DNA of 64,000 bases from Anaerolineaceae bacterium UBA6107 (lineage in GTDB: Bacteria; Chloroflexota; Anaerolineae; Anaerolineales; Anaerolineaceae). Within the stretch, counting starts at the first letter, position 1, and each line of letters starts with the position of its first letter. Made by a program: the position numbers and the translations under genes. The stretch is from contig DIWL01000080.1 in NCBI GenBank assembly GCA_002428455.1, positions 34,100 through 98,099 of the forward strand, in the 5' to 3' direction. Positions 1-9,474 of the stretch are shown piece by piece. The notes beneath the pieces are model-generated. The model did not search any database, had not been told where the DNA came from, and saw only the letters and a list, made by a program, of their open reading frames with translations.

Positions 1-31
1 TTCCATTTGAGAATGAATAGGGAAGGGCACC

Positions 32-1285
32 ATGAATAATTTTTTCGGTTACAAGTGTTCGCTGTGTAATTCCGAGTTCCTGCCTGTATCCATCATTTAT
101 ACCTGTCCGAGTTGCGGGGGCAACCTTGATGTTGTTTGGGATTATGCCCGGACGAAAAAGAAATATCATCCCGAAGACATCACTTCAAGAGCCGAGAATT
201 CTCTGTGGCGATACGCACCGCTGCTTCCGGTACCCGATCCGGGTGGTGAAAAGACACCCATTCACGCTGCAGGATGGACCCCGATCTTTCAAACAGATCG
301 TCTAGCAACTCAATTGGGGCTGCAGCATCTTTGGGTGAAGGATGAGGGTAGAAATCCAACCGCATCGTTCAAGGACCGGGCTAGCGCGATCGTGGTAGCC
401 CGGGCGCGTGAGATTAAGGCGGAAATCATCGTTACTGCCTCAACCGGGAACGCCGGTGCAGCGCTGGCAGGAATGGCTGCAGCCGTCGGGCACAAAGCGG
501 TCATTTTTGCCCCTAAAACAGCTCCTCCCGCCAAGATCGCTCAATTGCTTGTGTATGGCGCCCGCGTAATTTTGGTAGACGGCAACTATGACGCAGCCTT
601 TGACCTGACGATTGAAGCGTCTAGAGAATTTGGCTGGTATTGCCGCAACACAGGTTACAACCCCTTCACGGCAGAAGGTAAAAAGACAGGTGCTTACGAG
701 ATATGGGAGCAGCTCGGGTTGACGCAAAAGGAAGGGGATAAGCCGCTTTGTGTTTTTGTTTCGGTTGGAGATGGCAACATTATCAGCGGGTTGCACAAGG
801 GATTCAAGGACCTGCAAAAATTGGGCTGGCTGGAGACAATGCCACGCCTGTTCGGTGTGCAATCGGAACTTTCCTCGGCAATCGCCAACGCTTACGATGC
901 GAAAACTGAAACAATTACCCCGGTCGCCTCAACCACACTGGCGGATTCGATCAGCGTTGACCTGCCACGGGATGGGGTGCGGGCTGTACGGGCAGCTGTT
1001 GAAACCAACGGCGCATATCTTAAGGTGACCGATGCTGAGATCATTTCCGCGATCGCTGACCTTGGTGTAAATGGCATATTCTCTGAACCGGCGGGTTCCA
1101 CAGCCCTGGCTGGATTGAAGAAAGCCTTGGCGGAAGGCATCATTGATGCGGAAGACCCGGTTGTGGTGATTAACACTGGAAATGGTCTGAAGGATGTCCG
1201 GGCGGCAATGATGGCGGTACCAAATGCGGCTATAATTGAACCGAGCATGACGGCATTACGCAAATTACTGGACAAAGGCCCGTAG
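32..1285 (+). CDS. thrC: threonine synthase (PLP-dependent, N-terminal zinc-ribbon type)
   Basis: 417-aa ORF. N-terminal CxxC..CxxC ribbon (CSLCNSEF..CPSCGG), PLP-lysine motif TASFKDRAS and STGNAGAA loop typical of fold-type II PLP enzymes/ThrC. Confidence 0.85.
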   Translation: MNNFFGYKCSLCNSEFLPVSIIYTCPSCGGNLDVVWDYARTKKKYHPEDITSRAENSLWRYAPLLPVPDPGGEKTPIHAAGWTPIFQTDRLATQLGLQHLWVKDEGRNPTASFKDRASAIVVARAREIKAEIIVTASTGNAGAALAGMAAAVGHKAVIFAPKTAPPAKIAQLLVYGARVILVDGNYDAAFDLTIEASREFGWYCRNTGYNPFTAEGKKTGAYEIWEQLGLTQKEGDKPLCVFVSVGDGNIISGLHKGFKDLQKLGWLETMPRLFGVQSELSSAIANAYDAKTETITPVASTTLADSISVDLPRDGVRAVRAAVETNGAYLKVTDAEIISAIADLGVNGIFSEPAGSTALAGLKKALAEGIIDAEDPVVVINTGNGLKDVRAAMMAVPNAAIIEPSMTALRKLLDKGP

Positions 1286-1286
1286 C

Positions 1287-2228
1287 ATGAAACCTGTTTT
1301 TTCAATCATCGCACCAGTATTCAACGAGATCTGTTGCCTTGATGCGCTTGTCGAGCGTGTTGCCAGGGTGATGGATCAGACTGGTGAGGTCTGGGAACTG
1401 GTGCTGGTTGATGATGGATCCACGGATGGTTCAACAGAGAAGATTAGAGAGCTTGCCAGTGGGGACTCACGCGTGCGTCCTGTGATCTTTGCCCGGAATT
1501 TCGGGCACCAGATTGCCGTAACCGCCGGACTGGACTACTCACGCGGGGACGCGGTGGTGATCATTGATGCTGATCTACAGGATCCCCCGGAAGTTATCCT
1601 GGAACTGATCCAAAAGTGGCGCGAAGGGTATGAGGTGGTTTATGCGCAGCGCTCGGAGCGCGAGGGCGAAACCTGGTTTAAACGGCTCACTGCTTCACTT
1701 TTTTACCGTACCATTTACCGGATTACCGATGTAAAGATCCCCCTGGACACGGGAGATTTTCGCCTGCTTGACCGCAAGGTGGTAGAAGTTATGAATTCCA
1801 TGCGGGAACGGCATCGTTTCCTGCGCGGTATGTCAGCATGGGTGGGGTTTCGGTCCATCGGTGTGCCATACAAACGAGCTGCCCGCTTCGCGGGGACTAC
1901 AAAATACCCTTTTAAGAAAATGTTGAAACTGGCATTGACGGCTGTTACAAGCTTTTCCTATGTGCCGTTGCAAATTGCCATGTGGGTGGGATTCATCTCT
2001 GCCGGTATCGCCATCCTGGCTATTCCGGTAGTAATCATTCTTCGGCTGATCGGTTCGCAGTTCTTTTTCGGACAGGCAACCACCCTGATCGCTGTATTGT
2101 TCCTGGGTGGCGTGCAGCTGATCTCCCTGGGGATTCTGGGTGAATATGTGGGCAGGATTTACGACGAAGTAAAAGGTCGCCCGCTTTACATCGTCAGTGA
2201 AGCACCGGATAATTCGCACAATCAATAA
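1287..2228 (+). CDS. family 2 glycosyltransferase (polyprenol-phosphate glycosyltransferase, GtrB/ArnC/DPM1-like) with C-terminal TM helices
   Basis: 313 aa. N-terminal SIIAPVFNE..VLVDDGSTDGS..DADLQDPPE GT2 motifs and two hydrophobic C-terminal helices. Starts 2 nt after the thrC stop. Confidence 0.85.
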   Translation: MKPVFSIIAPVFNEICCLDALVERVARVMDQTGEVWELVLVDDGSTDGSTEKIRELASGDSRVRPVIFARNFGHQIAVTAGLDYSRGDAVVIIDADLQDPPEVILELIQKWREGYEVVYAQRSEREGETWFKRLTASLFYRTIYRITDVKIPLDTGDFRLLDRKVVEVMNSMRERHRFLRGMSAWVGFRSIGVPYKRAARFAGTTKYPFKKMLKLALTAVTSFSYVPLQIAMWVGFISAGIAILAIPVVIILRLIGSQFFFGQATTLIAVLFLGGVQLISLGILGEYVGRIYDEVKGRPLYIVSEAPDNSHNQ

Positions 2229-2243
2229 CAACAGGAGATACTA

Positions 2244-3710
2244 ATGGCAAAGATCGATCTGACTGTGATTAAGGACCGCCAGGAACGCGCAATACAGAGA
2301 GCCAGGGAACGCAACATCATCATCCCAACCTTTGCCCAGCAACGCAACCCGGAGCTCATCCCTGCAAAGATCAAAGAGGAGCTGAAGGGGATTGGCTTGT
2401 GGGATATCCATCCACGCAACCTGTTCCGGATCACCTGGAAGAATGAACCGGCAGCATTCGGCGGTGGTTTTGGTGGCGTCAATTACATTGAGCTTCCCTC
2501 CAGCCTCACTGGAACGGACGCCCGTATTTTCGCGCTTGTTGGAAAATGGTTCCCGACCGGTGCACACAAGGTCGGTGCAGCATTTGGCTGCCTCGTACCG
2601 CGCCTGGTAACAGGGCAATTTGAACCGACAACCCAGAAAGCGGTCTGGCCTTCAACGGGTAATTATTGCCGCGGCGGTGCTTATGATTCTGCTTTGTTGG
2701 CATGTAATTCCATCGCGATTCTTCCTGAGGGAATGAGTAAAGAGCGTTTTGAGTGGCTCGAGAAGATCGCTGGTGAGGTGATCGCCACACCCGGCAGTGA
2801 ATCGAATGTGAAAGAGATTTTTGACAAATGTTGGGAATTACGCAAATCGGGCGAAGATCTGATGATCTTTAACCAGTTTGAAGAATTTGGTAATTACCTC
2901 TGGCATTATGAACTGACCGGGCATGCCATGGAAGAAATCCTCACGCAGGAAATGAGGGCAGGGGATGAGTTCAGAGGAATTGCCCTCACAACAGGTTCTG
3001 CCGGTACCATCGCCTGCGGAGATTACCTTAAGCAGAGGTACCCGACGATGAAAATAGCTGCCAGTGAAGCTTTGCAGTGTCCGACGCTCCTGCAAAACGG
3101 TTTTGGAGCACACCGTATCGAGGGGATTGGTGACAAGCATGTACCTTGGATCCATAACGTCAAAAACACCGACCTGATCACGGCGATTGATGATAACGAT
3201 GTAGTAAAAATCGTGCGTTTGTTCAATGAGCCTGAAGGAAAAGCCTACCTGGCCAAGCAGGGTGTTCCGGAGAGCGTAATCTCCAAATTGGATCTGATGG
3301 GATTCTCAGGGATTGCCAATATGCTTTCCGCGGTTAAGATGGCAAAATACTATGGGATGACCAACAAGGATGTGCTTCTCGTTGTATTGACCGATTCGAT
3401 GGAACTTTACAACACACGTATTGATGAGTACAGAAAAGATTTCGGACCGTTTACAATAACTGACGCTGCCGAAGCGTACGCAGCCAGCCTGATGGGCGAA
3501 TCCACCGACAACATGCTTGAATTATCCGAATTTGAGCGCAAGCGGGTGCACAATCTGAAGTATTACACCTGGGTGGAACAGCAAGGCAAAACTTACGAAG
3601 AGATCCTGGCGCAATGGGACGATCCGGATTACTGGACCGGATTCCAGGGGCAACTGGATGAAATGGACGCTTTGATCAACGAATTCAATGATCGTGTCGG
3701 ATTGCTTTAA
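2244..3710 (+). CDS. long fold-type II PLP-dependent enzyme (cysteine synthase/Trp-synthase-beta superfamily), specific function unknown
   Basis: 488 aa. Candidate PLP lysine in TGAHKVGAAF, STGNYCRGGA glycine loop and TTGSAGT loop. About 150 aa longer than CysK/CysM. Confidence 0.6.
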   Translation: MAKIDLTVIKDRQERAIQRARERNIIIPTFAQQRNPELIPAKIKEELKGIGLWDIHPRNLFRITWKNEPAAFGGGFGGVNYIELPSSLTGTDARIFALVGKWFPTGAHKVGAAFGCLVPRLVTGQFEPTTQKAVWPSTGNYCRGGAYDSALLACNSIAILPEGMSKERFEWLEKIAGEVIATPGSESNVKEIFDKCWELRKSGEDLMIFNQFEEFGNYLWHYELTGHAMEEILTQEMRAGDEFRGIALTTGSAGTIACGDYLKQRYPTMKIAASEALQCPTLLQNGFGAHRIEGIGDKHVPWIHNVKNTDLITAIDDNDVVKIVRLFNEPEGKAYLAKQGVPESVISKLDLMGFSGIANMLSAVKMAKYYGMTNKDVLLVVLTDSMELYNTRIDEYRKDFGPFTITDAAEAYAASLMGESTDNMLELSEFERKRVHNLKYYTWVEQQGKTYEEILAQWDDPDYWTGFQGQLDEMDALINEFNDRVGLL

Positions 3711-3721
3711 GATCACTCTTT

Positions 3722-3757
3722 TCAACCTGGAGTCAAAAGGCTCCAGGTTGATTGTTT
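3722..3757 (+). terminator. rho-independent terminator after the PLP-enzyme gene
   Basis: 11-bp perfect stem TCAACCTGGAG / CTCCAGGTTGA (3722-3732 / 3741-3751), 8-nt loop, followed by TTGTTT. Confidence 0.6.
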
Positions 3758-3788
3758 AAAATACCACCTTGAGAGGTCTGACCAATTT

Positions 3789-4364
3789 ATGATCCTTCCA
3801 CCGGACACACTCATTCTGGTTTGTTACTTACCTGCAGTAAAAGACCTGGATATGGCCAGGATGTTGGGTTGGTATCGAATTCCTCTCAAATCTGCTCCCA
3901 AAGTGATAGAAGTGGACTACCTGGCGTTTTACCAGGGGAAAAATTTTGGCGAAGCGCACCGCTGGCAGGTGGAATACTTCGCGGAGTATCGCGGTCACGA
4001 ACTCACCACACGAGGGGAATTACTGCGAGATGAGAAAGAGCATCCGCGTGCGCAAGAAGAGTATTACAAAGTTCAAATAGGTCCGCTTCAACGTCGTTCA
4101 AATCCGATCATGACCAAGGAGTGGAAAAGAATCACGTTTCTTTACACGACAGGTAATTTGTTCAACAGCGCTGCAAGCGTCAATGATCTAGTTGTCCGTA
4201 ATGAGGAACGGGAAATCCTGTGGAAAACCTTGCGTGAACGGGCACAAAATACTTTGTATGGCAAATCTGATAATTCCGGAATTCCGCAGATCGATCCTGC
4301 GTTTATCGAGATGATCCTTGGATTAAACGGATCTCTACCCGATGTAAACCTGGAAGATTATTAA
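3789..4364 (+). CDS. hypothetical protein
   Basis: 191-aa ORF with coding-like composition, flanked by a terminator upstream. I recognise no family. Confidence 0.45.
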   Translation: MILPPDTLILVCYLPAVKDLDMARMLGWYRIPLKSAPKVIEVDYLAFYQGKNFGEAHRWQVEYFAEYRGHELTTRGELLRDEKEHPRAQEEYYKVQIGPLQRRSNPIMTKEWKRITFLYTTGNLFNSAASVNDLVVRNEEREILWKTLRERAQNTLYGKSDNSGIPQIDPAFIEMILGLNGSLPDVNLEDY

Positions 4365-4436
4365 GCAATATAGATAAACTGGTAGAATAATTGTGAGCGG
4401 TGCATGTTTGATTATGTTCCGCAAGGAATTGTGCAT

Positions 4437-5858
4437 ATGAGAACTCTAATTCGTAATGGTTTAATCATATCTCCTGATACCACCAAAGCTGATGACATCT
4501 TAATCGAGGATGAGAAAATTACCAGGGTTGAACCAGAAATATCGGTTGAACCAACTATGGATGTCATCGACGCAAGCGGTCAGTTCATTCTGCCGGGTGG
4601 GATCGATGTTCACGTTCATCTTGACCTGCCCATGTTCGGTACTGTATCGAGCGATGACCATTACACGGGCACAAAGGCAGCTGCATTTGGCGGAACCACC
4701 ACCGTGATTGATTTTGTTTCGCAGGATTCTGATGTCCTGTTGACCTGCGTGGCAGATCTGCGCCGAAAAGCGGATGAGAAGGTAGCAGTGGATTATGGTT
4801 TACACATGAACATAACCCACCTTACACCCGAGGTGGAAGCACAAATTCCGCATTTGGTTGAAGCAGGAGTGACGAGCTTAAAGGTTTTTACCGCGTATAA
4901 CAACCGGTTGCGACTGGCAGATAGCGATATTCTAAGGGTATTACGCATTGCCCGGGATAATGGGCTGCTCACGATGCTGCATGCGGAGAACGGTGATGTG
5001 ATCGATCTGCTTGTAGAAGAAGCATTACAGAATGGACATACCTCACCGATCTGGCACGCCCGCACCAGGCCAGCCTGGGGTGCGGTGGAGGCAGTGCTGC
5101 GCGGGGCAGCGCTTTCGGCTATGGCGAATGCGCCTCTATACATTGTACACATGAACGTGGCTGGTGAAGTGGATATGCTGGAATATGCCCGTAGCAAAGG
5201 TTTACAGGTGATGGGCGAAACCTGCCCGCAATATCTGCTCTTCACCGAAGCAGATCTGGAAAGGCCGGATGGTGTGAAATGGATCTGCTCACCGCCATTA
5301 CGAACTCAAAGAGATCAAGAACGATTGTGGGATGGCTTAAAGAAGGGCATCCTCCAGGTGATCGCTACTGATCATTGCCCCTTTTATTTTGACGGAACAA
5401 AACCGCTGAATTACGAGGGGGTGAAAGTCACCATACCCGGTAAGGAGCTGGGCGACGGTGACTTTACCAGAATTCCTAATGGATTGCCAGGTGTCGGAGA
5501 TCGCCTACCCGTGCTCTGGAGCGAAATGATCTCTACCGGAAAATTTACAATCAATGAATTCGTTGCGCTAACAAGTACCAACCCGGCGAAAATTTTTGGT
5601 CTGTATCCTCAAAAAGGAACACTATCACCGGGTTCTGACGCGGATATCGTAATTTGGGATGCCAACAAGAAGATCACGTACGGCAGGGCATATTCACAGC
5701 AGCGCACCGATTACAACCTGTACGAAGGCTGGCCTTTGGTTGGATTTCCAGTCCGTGTGATCTCCCGCGGGCGCACCGTGGTTCAGGATGAAAAATGGCT
5801 TGGGGCAGCCGGGGCGGGGCGGTTCCTGCACCGGAAAACTTTCACGAACCTGGTATAG
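4437..5858 (+). CDS. dihydropyrimidinase / D-hydantoinase (cyclic amidohydrolase)
   Basis: Metal-binding GGIDVHVHL motif and amidohydrolase-superfamily layout. The ORF opens at 4404, but ATG 4437 (MRTLIRNGLII) with AAGGA about 10 nt upstream fits the family N-terminus better. The start is uncertain. Confidence 0.8.
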   Translation: MRTLIRNGLIISPDTTKADDILIEDEKITRVEPEISVEPTMDVIDASGQFILPGGIDVHVHLDLPMFGTVSSDDHYTGTKAAAFGGTTTVIDFVSQDSDVLLTCVADLRRKADEKVAVDYGLHMNITHLTPEVEAQIPHLVEAGVTSLKVFTAYNNRLRLADSDILRVLRIARDNGLLTMLHAENGDVIDLLVEEALQNGHTSPIWHARTRPAWGAVEAVLRGAALSAMANAPLYIVHMNVAGEVDMLEYARSKGLQVMGETCPQYLLFTEADLERPDGVKWICSPPLRTQRDQERLWDGLKKGILQVIATDHCPFYFDGTKPLNYEGVKVTIPGKELGDGDFTRIPNGLPGVGDRLPVLWSEMISTGKFTINEFVALTSTNPAKIFGLYPQKGTLSPGSDADIVIWDANKKITYGRAYSQQRTDYNLYEGWPLVGFPVRVISRGRTVVQDEKWLGAAGAGRFLHRKTFTNLV

Positions 5859-5867
5859 AGTCCGCTG

Positions 5868-7469
5868 ATGTTGTCACTCGTCCCGGTATTGATTTTGTTG
5901 ATCGCTGTCGTCGCCATACTGGTGCTCGGCTTGATCAAATTCCGCGTGGGCACGATCTGGCTGGTGGGAGCCGTCTTATCTTTCGGTGCCTGGTTATCAA
6001 TGATTCCTATTGCGTTTATCAAACCGGCACAGGTTGAGATCACAAACTGGCTGCCTGATCCATTCGGTTTTCAATCCCTCGTGTTTTTCTACACACCACA
6101 AAATTGGATCATTGGATTTCTGCTTCTTTCATTACTGGTGGCGGTGATCTTTTCAGAGGCCAAGTACCTGGATACGCCGAATTACTTGCTGAGACTTACC
6201 GGTTCCATGCTTTTAACCGTTTTTGGATTGTTAGCTATTCTATCCCACTCAATCCTCGCTTTTATGCTCACCTGGTCATTGATCGACCTGTTTGAATTTG
6301 GTGCATTAGCTGTGTTGATCGGAAGACCAAAAAGTCAAGGTTCAGCTGCCACTTCAGTCCTCTTTCGCGCAATTGGCATTCTGTTATTGGTCATCTTTGT
6401 CTCCATCGCTCCTGTAGATCCTGCCACCGGATCATTTCCAACGCTTTCACCACAATTGTGGTGGTTGTTGATCTTCCTGGTGTTATTCAGAATGGGAACG
6501 CTGCCGCTCTATCAACCTTATATTGACGCTCCGGTTTATCAACGCGGGATCATTTCGCTGATACGCTCTTTACCCATGATGACCGCCTTCGCATTTATCA
6601 CTTACATTTCCCGTACTGGCACACCTCCTATCAATACAGGATTCGTTTATGGAATACTAACCATCGCCATTTTTTATGCATCGATTGCATGGTTCAGTGC
6701 TGCAAACGAGATCAAGGGGAGACCTCACTGGCTCTTCGCTATGGCAGGCTTCGGTTTGGCAACTTTGCTTACCGGAGAAATCGATTCAATCCTCGGCATT
6801 ACCGTGGTACTGGTCGCGGGGGGATCTGGATTGTTTTTGTACTCCCCACGGATGAGCAGGATAAATCCTTTCATTGCACTACTGGTTGCCGGTCTACTTG
6901 TCATACCCTATACCCCATCGGCAGCCTTTTCAGGGCTTTTTTCCAGTTCGGCGCCTTTATTCCTCAGGATTCTGTGGGTCATTAGTTATGCGATCCTGGT
7001 CGCTGGTATTATCAAACATGCGATGCGGCGGGCAGAAAAAGCTGAAAACTCCGAACCGTGGATGCTGCTTTTTCACACCATAGCACTGTATTTCATAGCC
7101 GCAGCGCCCTGGTTGATCATTGGCATCTTTTTCCGAGACCAAGTCGATTACATCAACTGGTGGCCATGGATCACAACGCTTGTGTTGGTCAGCATTTTTC
7201 TTAGCGCATATGTTTTGTTTTCCAGGAGGATCATTTTCTTTCGTAACAGGCATGGTAGAGTTTTCGGAACTATTGAAAAGACAGTGAAAATTCTCGGTGA
7301 TCTCCTGAGGTTCACTTGGATTGATAAGTTCCTGTCTTCTATTGGTTTCCTTATTGAAAAAGGCGTGCGTCTTTTCGCCAGGGTGCTTGAAGGAGACGGT
7401 GGTGTTCTCTGGTCCTTCCTGTTTATCGTCCTTCTTCTCTCTTTACTGCTTGTTCAGCAGGCGCCCTGA
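5868..7469 (+). CDS. polytopic membrane protein, degenerate NuoL/M/N-MrpA/D-like antiporter-type subunit
   Basis: 533 aa with about 14 hydrophobic segments. GTLPLYQPYIDAPVYQRG resembles the G-x-PFH-x-WLP-x-A-x-x-AP helix of proton-pumping subunits but is degenerate. Confidence 0.55.
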   Translation: MLSLVPVLILLIAVVAILVLGLIKFRVGTIWLVGAVLSFGAWLSMIPIAFIKPAQVEITNWLPDPFGFQSLVFFYTPQNWIIGFLLLSLLVAVIFSEAKYLDTPNYLLRLTGSMLLTVFGLLAILSHSILAFMLTWSLIDLFEFGALAVLIGRPKSQGSAATSVLFRAIGILLLVIFVSIAPVDPATGSFPTLSPQLWWLLIFLVLFRMGTLPLYQPYIDAPVYQRGIISLIRSLPMMTAFAFITYISRTGTPPINTGFVYGILTIAIFYASIAWFSAANEIKGRPHWLFAMAGFGLATLLTGEIDSILGITVVLVAGGSGLFLYSPRMSRINPFIALLVAGLLVIPYTPSAAFSGLFSSSAPLFLRILWVISYAILVAGIIKHAMRRAEKAENSEPWMLLFHTIALYFIAAAPWLIIGIFFRDQVDYINWWPWITTLVLVSIFLSAYVLFSRRIIFFRNRHGRVFGTIEKTVKILGDLLRFTWIDKFLSSIGFLIEKGVRLFARVLEGDGGVLWSFLFIVLLLSLLLVQQAP

Positions 7470-8050
7470 TGGAAAACTGGATCAACTATTTAAGCGTGGT
7501 CGTGTTGTTGGTCGGCTTGTTTTGGCTGCAACTCTCAGATTCCCGGAAATCGATCGTCATCGCATATAGTGTGGTCGTTCTGATGGTATTTTCGATCAAC
7601 ATCCAATTCTGGACCTTCGGGTTCGCGCTGAGCAAGCTGATCACCGCCATCATGGCGATCGTGGTGATGTCCCTTGCTCCGGATACCAGTCAGCAGGTGG
7701 AATTTCGCAGCAACCGGACCGGTAGAGTTTTCCGGGGGTTGGGGCTTGCTTTCTGCCTGCTCCTGGTCATTTTTACATTGAACAAAACGACTGCATACCT
7801 ATCACTCAGTGTCGATCAAACATTACCGGCTTTAGCAATCCTGTTCTGCGGTTTTCTCATGCTGGGGGTATCGCGCGAACCGTTCAAGATCATCGTTGGT
7901 CTATTAACGATCCTGGTGGGTTTCGAGATCCTCTATGGCGCGATCGAACAATCGCTGCTGGTAAATGGCTTGTTGGCGGCGGTTTTTCTGTTGATCGCGG
8001 TCGTTGGCTCGTATCTCATTCTCCCTCCAGAAACCGAGGATGAGCAATGA
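7469..8050 (+). CDS. small polytopic membrane protein (about 6 TM)
   Basis: 193 aa. Its ATG overlaps the stop of the upstream gene (TGATG), and its stop overlaps the next start (ATGA). Confidence 0.5.
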   Translation: MENWINYLSVVVLLVGLFWLQLSDSRKSIVIAYSVVVLMVFSINIQFWTFGFALSKLITAIMAIVVMSLAPDTSQQVEFRSNRTGRVFRGLGLAFCLLLVIFTLNKTTAYLSLSVDQTLPALAILFCGFLMLGVSREPFKIIVGLLTILVGFEILYGAIEQSLLVNGLLAAVFLLIAVVGSYLILPPETEDEQ

Positions 8051-9441
8051 GCGCACCCGTGTTGTGGATCATTTTCCCGATCGTTGCTTCGGCCATTTTA
8101 CTTTTCCTGGTTCGATATCCGCGGGTATTGAAAATCTCTGGCATTGTGATCAGCACAATCCTTGCGCTCACTGCCATTCTGCAACCAATCGGCAATGTGT
8201 TACGGATTGGGAGCCTTTCAGTCGATATCACATCGATCATGTATATTTTTGGGCGCTCTCTCCTGCTGGAAAACACTGATCGCTTTGCATTGAGCCTGAT
8301 CTATTCCACCTTGCTCATTTACCTGCTGGCACTGGATGTCAGATCGGTACCGGCGAAATTTGTCCCGCTTTCGCTAGCAATTACTGGCCTTCTCATTGCC
8401 GCGCTGGCGGTTCAGCCGTTCCTCTATTCTGCTGTGCTTGTTGAATTGGCAGTGCTGCTGATGATCCTGATGGTCAAAGAAAAATATCACCAGCCGGAAT
8501 CTGGAATCATCCGCTTCCTCGTTTATCAGTCACTGGCCATGCCTAGTATTTTGTTCGCCGGCTGGATACTGGGAGGAAACCAGGCCAGTGTTTCGGATGA
8601 AGCGCGATTGCTTAGTGCGGTCGTATTCTTGCTGATCGGTTTTTCAATATGGCTGGCGGTGTTTCCTTTCCACTCCTGGTTACCGCAGTTTTCCCAGGCA
8701 ATCCATCCCTACTTATTCAGTTTTCTTTTTAGCCTGTTTCCTGTAATCTCATTGTTGATCATCATGAATTACATTTCGAGCTTGCTCTGGTTAAGGTCAG
8801 CTGCCTACCTCACTCCTGCGTTGACAGTGGTTGGGGTGATCATGGTGGTTACGACTGGCATCCTGGGTAGTGTGGACAAAGATCTCAAACGCCTGTTAGC
8901 CTATACAGTGCTTTTGGAGACAGGTTTTTCCCTGCTTATGCTAAGTATTCGGTCAGAGCAGGGAGTACAGCTACTTTACCAGTCATTCATTCCGCGCATC
9001 CTTAGCCTGGCTTTGCTGGGTTTTTCGCTGGCTGTGGGCTCCAACCACGGGATTATCCTCACCAATGCCGGAATGAAGGGAATGGGGAAGAAACTACCTT
9101 TTGCGACGACCGGTATTTTGATTTCTTTGATTTCGATCACTGGATTTCCACTTTTCGCAGTTTTTCCAATCCGTTTTGAGTTGTTAACCCAGCTAGGTCA
9201 GACCTCCAGTTCCTCGTTAATCTGGATAGCATTAGGATTAGCGGGCTTTCTGGTTGGCGTCGTAAAATTATTCATGATGTTGACCGCACCTGACAGGGAA
9301 AAACCGGAAATTAACGAGAAAATATCAGAGATTGTGATCATCGGACTTGGTGTTTTATTTCTGATCCTTTTCGGTCTGTATCCACAACTGACAGGGTTAA
9401 TGATTAAACCATTTTATGCAGACATCCCTGTGTTATGGTAA
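8047..9441 (+). CDS. NuoN/MnhD-like proton-conducting membrane transporter family protein (divergent)
   Basis: 464 aa. FPFHSWLPQFSQAIHPYLFSFL and KRLLAYTVLLETGF resemble the conserved NuoN/MrpD helices (PFHxWxPDxYxGAP; KRLLAYSSIxHxG). Confidence 0.65.
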   Translation: MSAPVLWIIFPIVASAILLFLVRYPRVLKISGIVISTILALTAILQPIGNVLRIGSLSVDITSIMYIFGRSLLLENTDRFALSLIYSTLLIYLLALDVRSVPAKFVPLSLAITGLLIAALAVQPFLYSAVLVELAVLLMILMVKEKYHQPESGIIRFLVYQSLAMPSILFAGWILGGNQASVSDEARLLSAVVFLLIGFSIWLAVFPFHSWLPQFSQAIHPYLFSFLFSLFPVISLLIIMNYISSLLWLRSAAYLTPALTVVGVIMVVTTGILGSVDKDLKRLLAYTVLLETGFSLLMLSIRSEQGVQLLYQSFIPRILSLALLGFSLAVGSNHGIILTNAGMKGMGKKLPFATTGILISLISITGFPLFAVFPIRFELLTQLGQTSSSSLIWIALGLAGFLVGVVKLFMMLTAPDREKPEINEKISEIVIIGLGVLFLILFGLYPQLTGLMIKPFYADIPVLW

Positions 9442-9474
9442 AGTTGCGATCACTGAGAAAGAAAGGGCTCTAAT

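Noticed and set aside
5868-9441. Interpretation as part of a complex I (nuo) or canonical mrp operon
   Set aside because: There are no nuoA-K/L or mrpB/C/E/F/G-like genes on either side, and the conserved antiporter motifs are degenerate. It is therefore reported as an orphan module rather than annotated as Nuo or Mrp.
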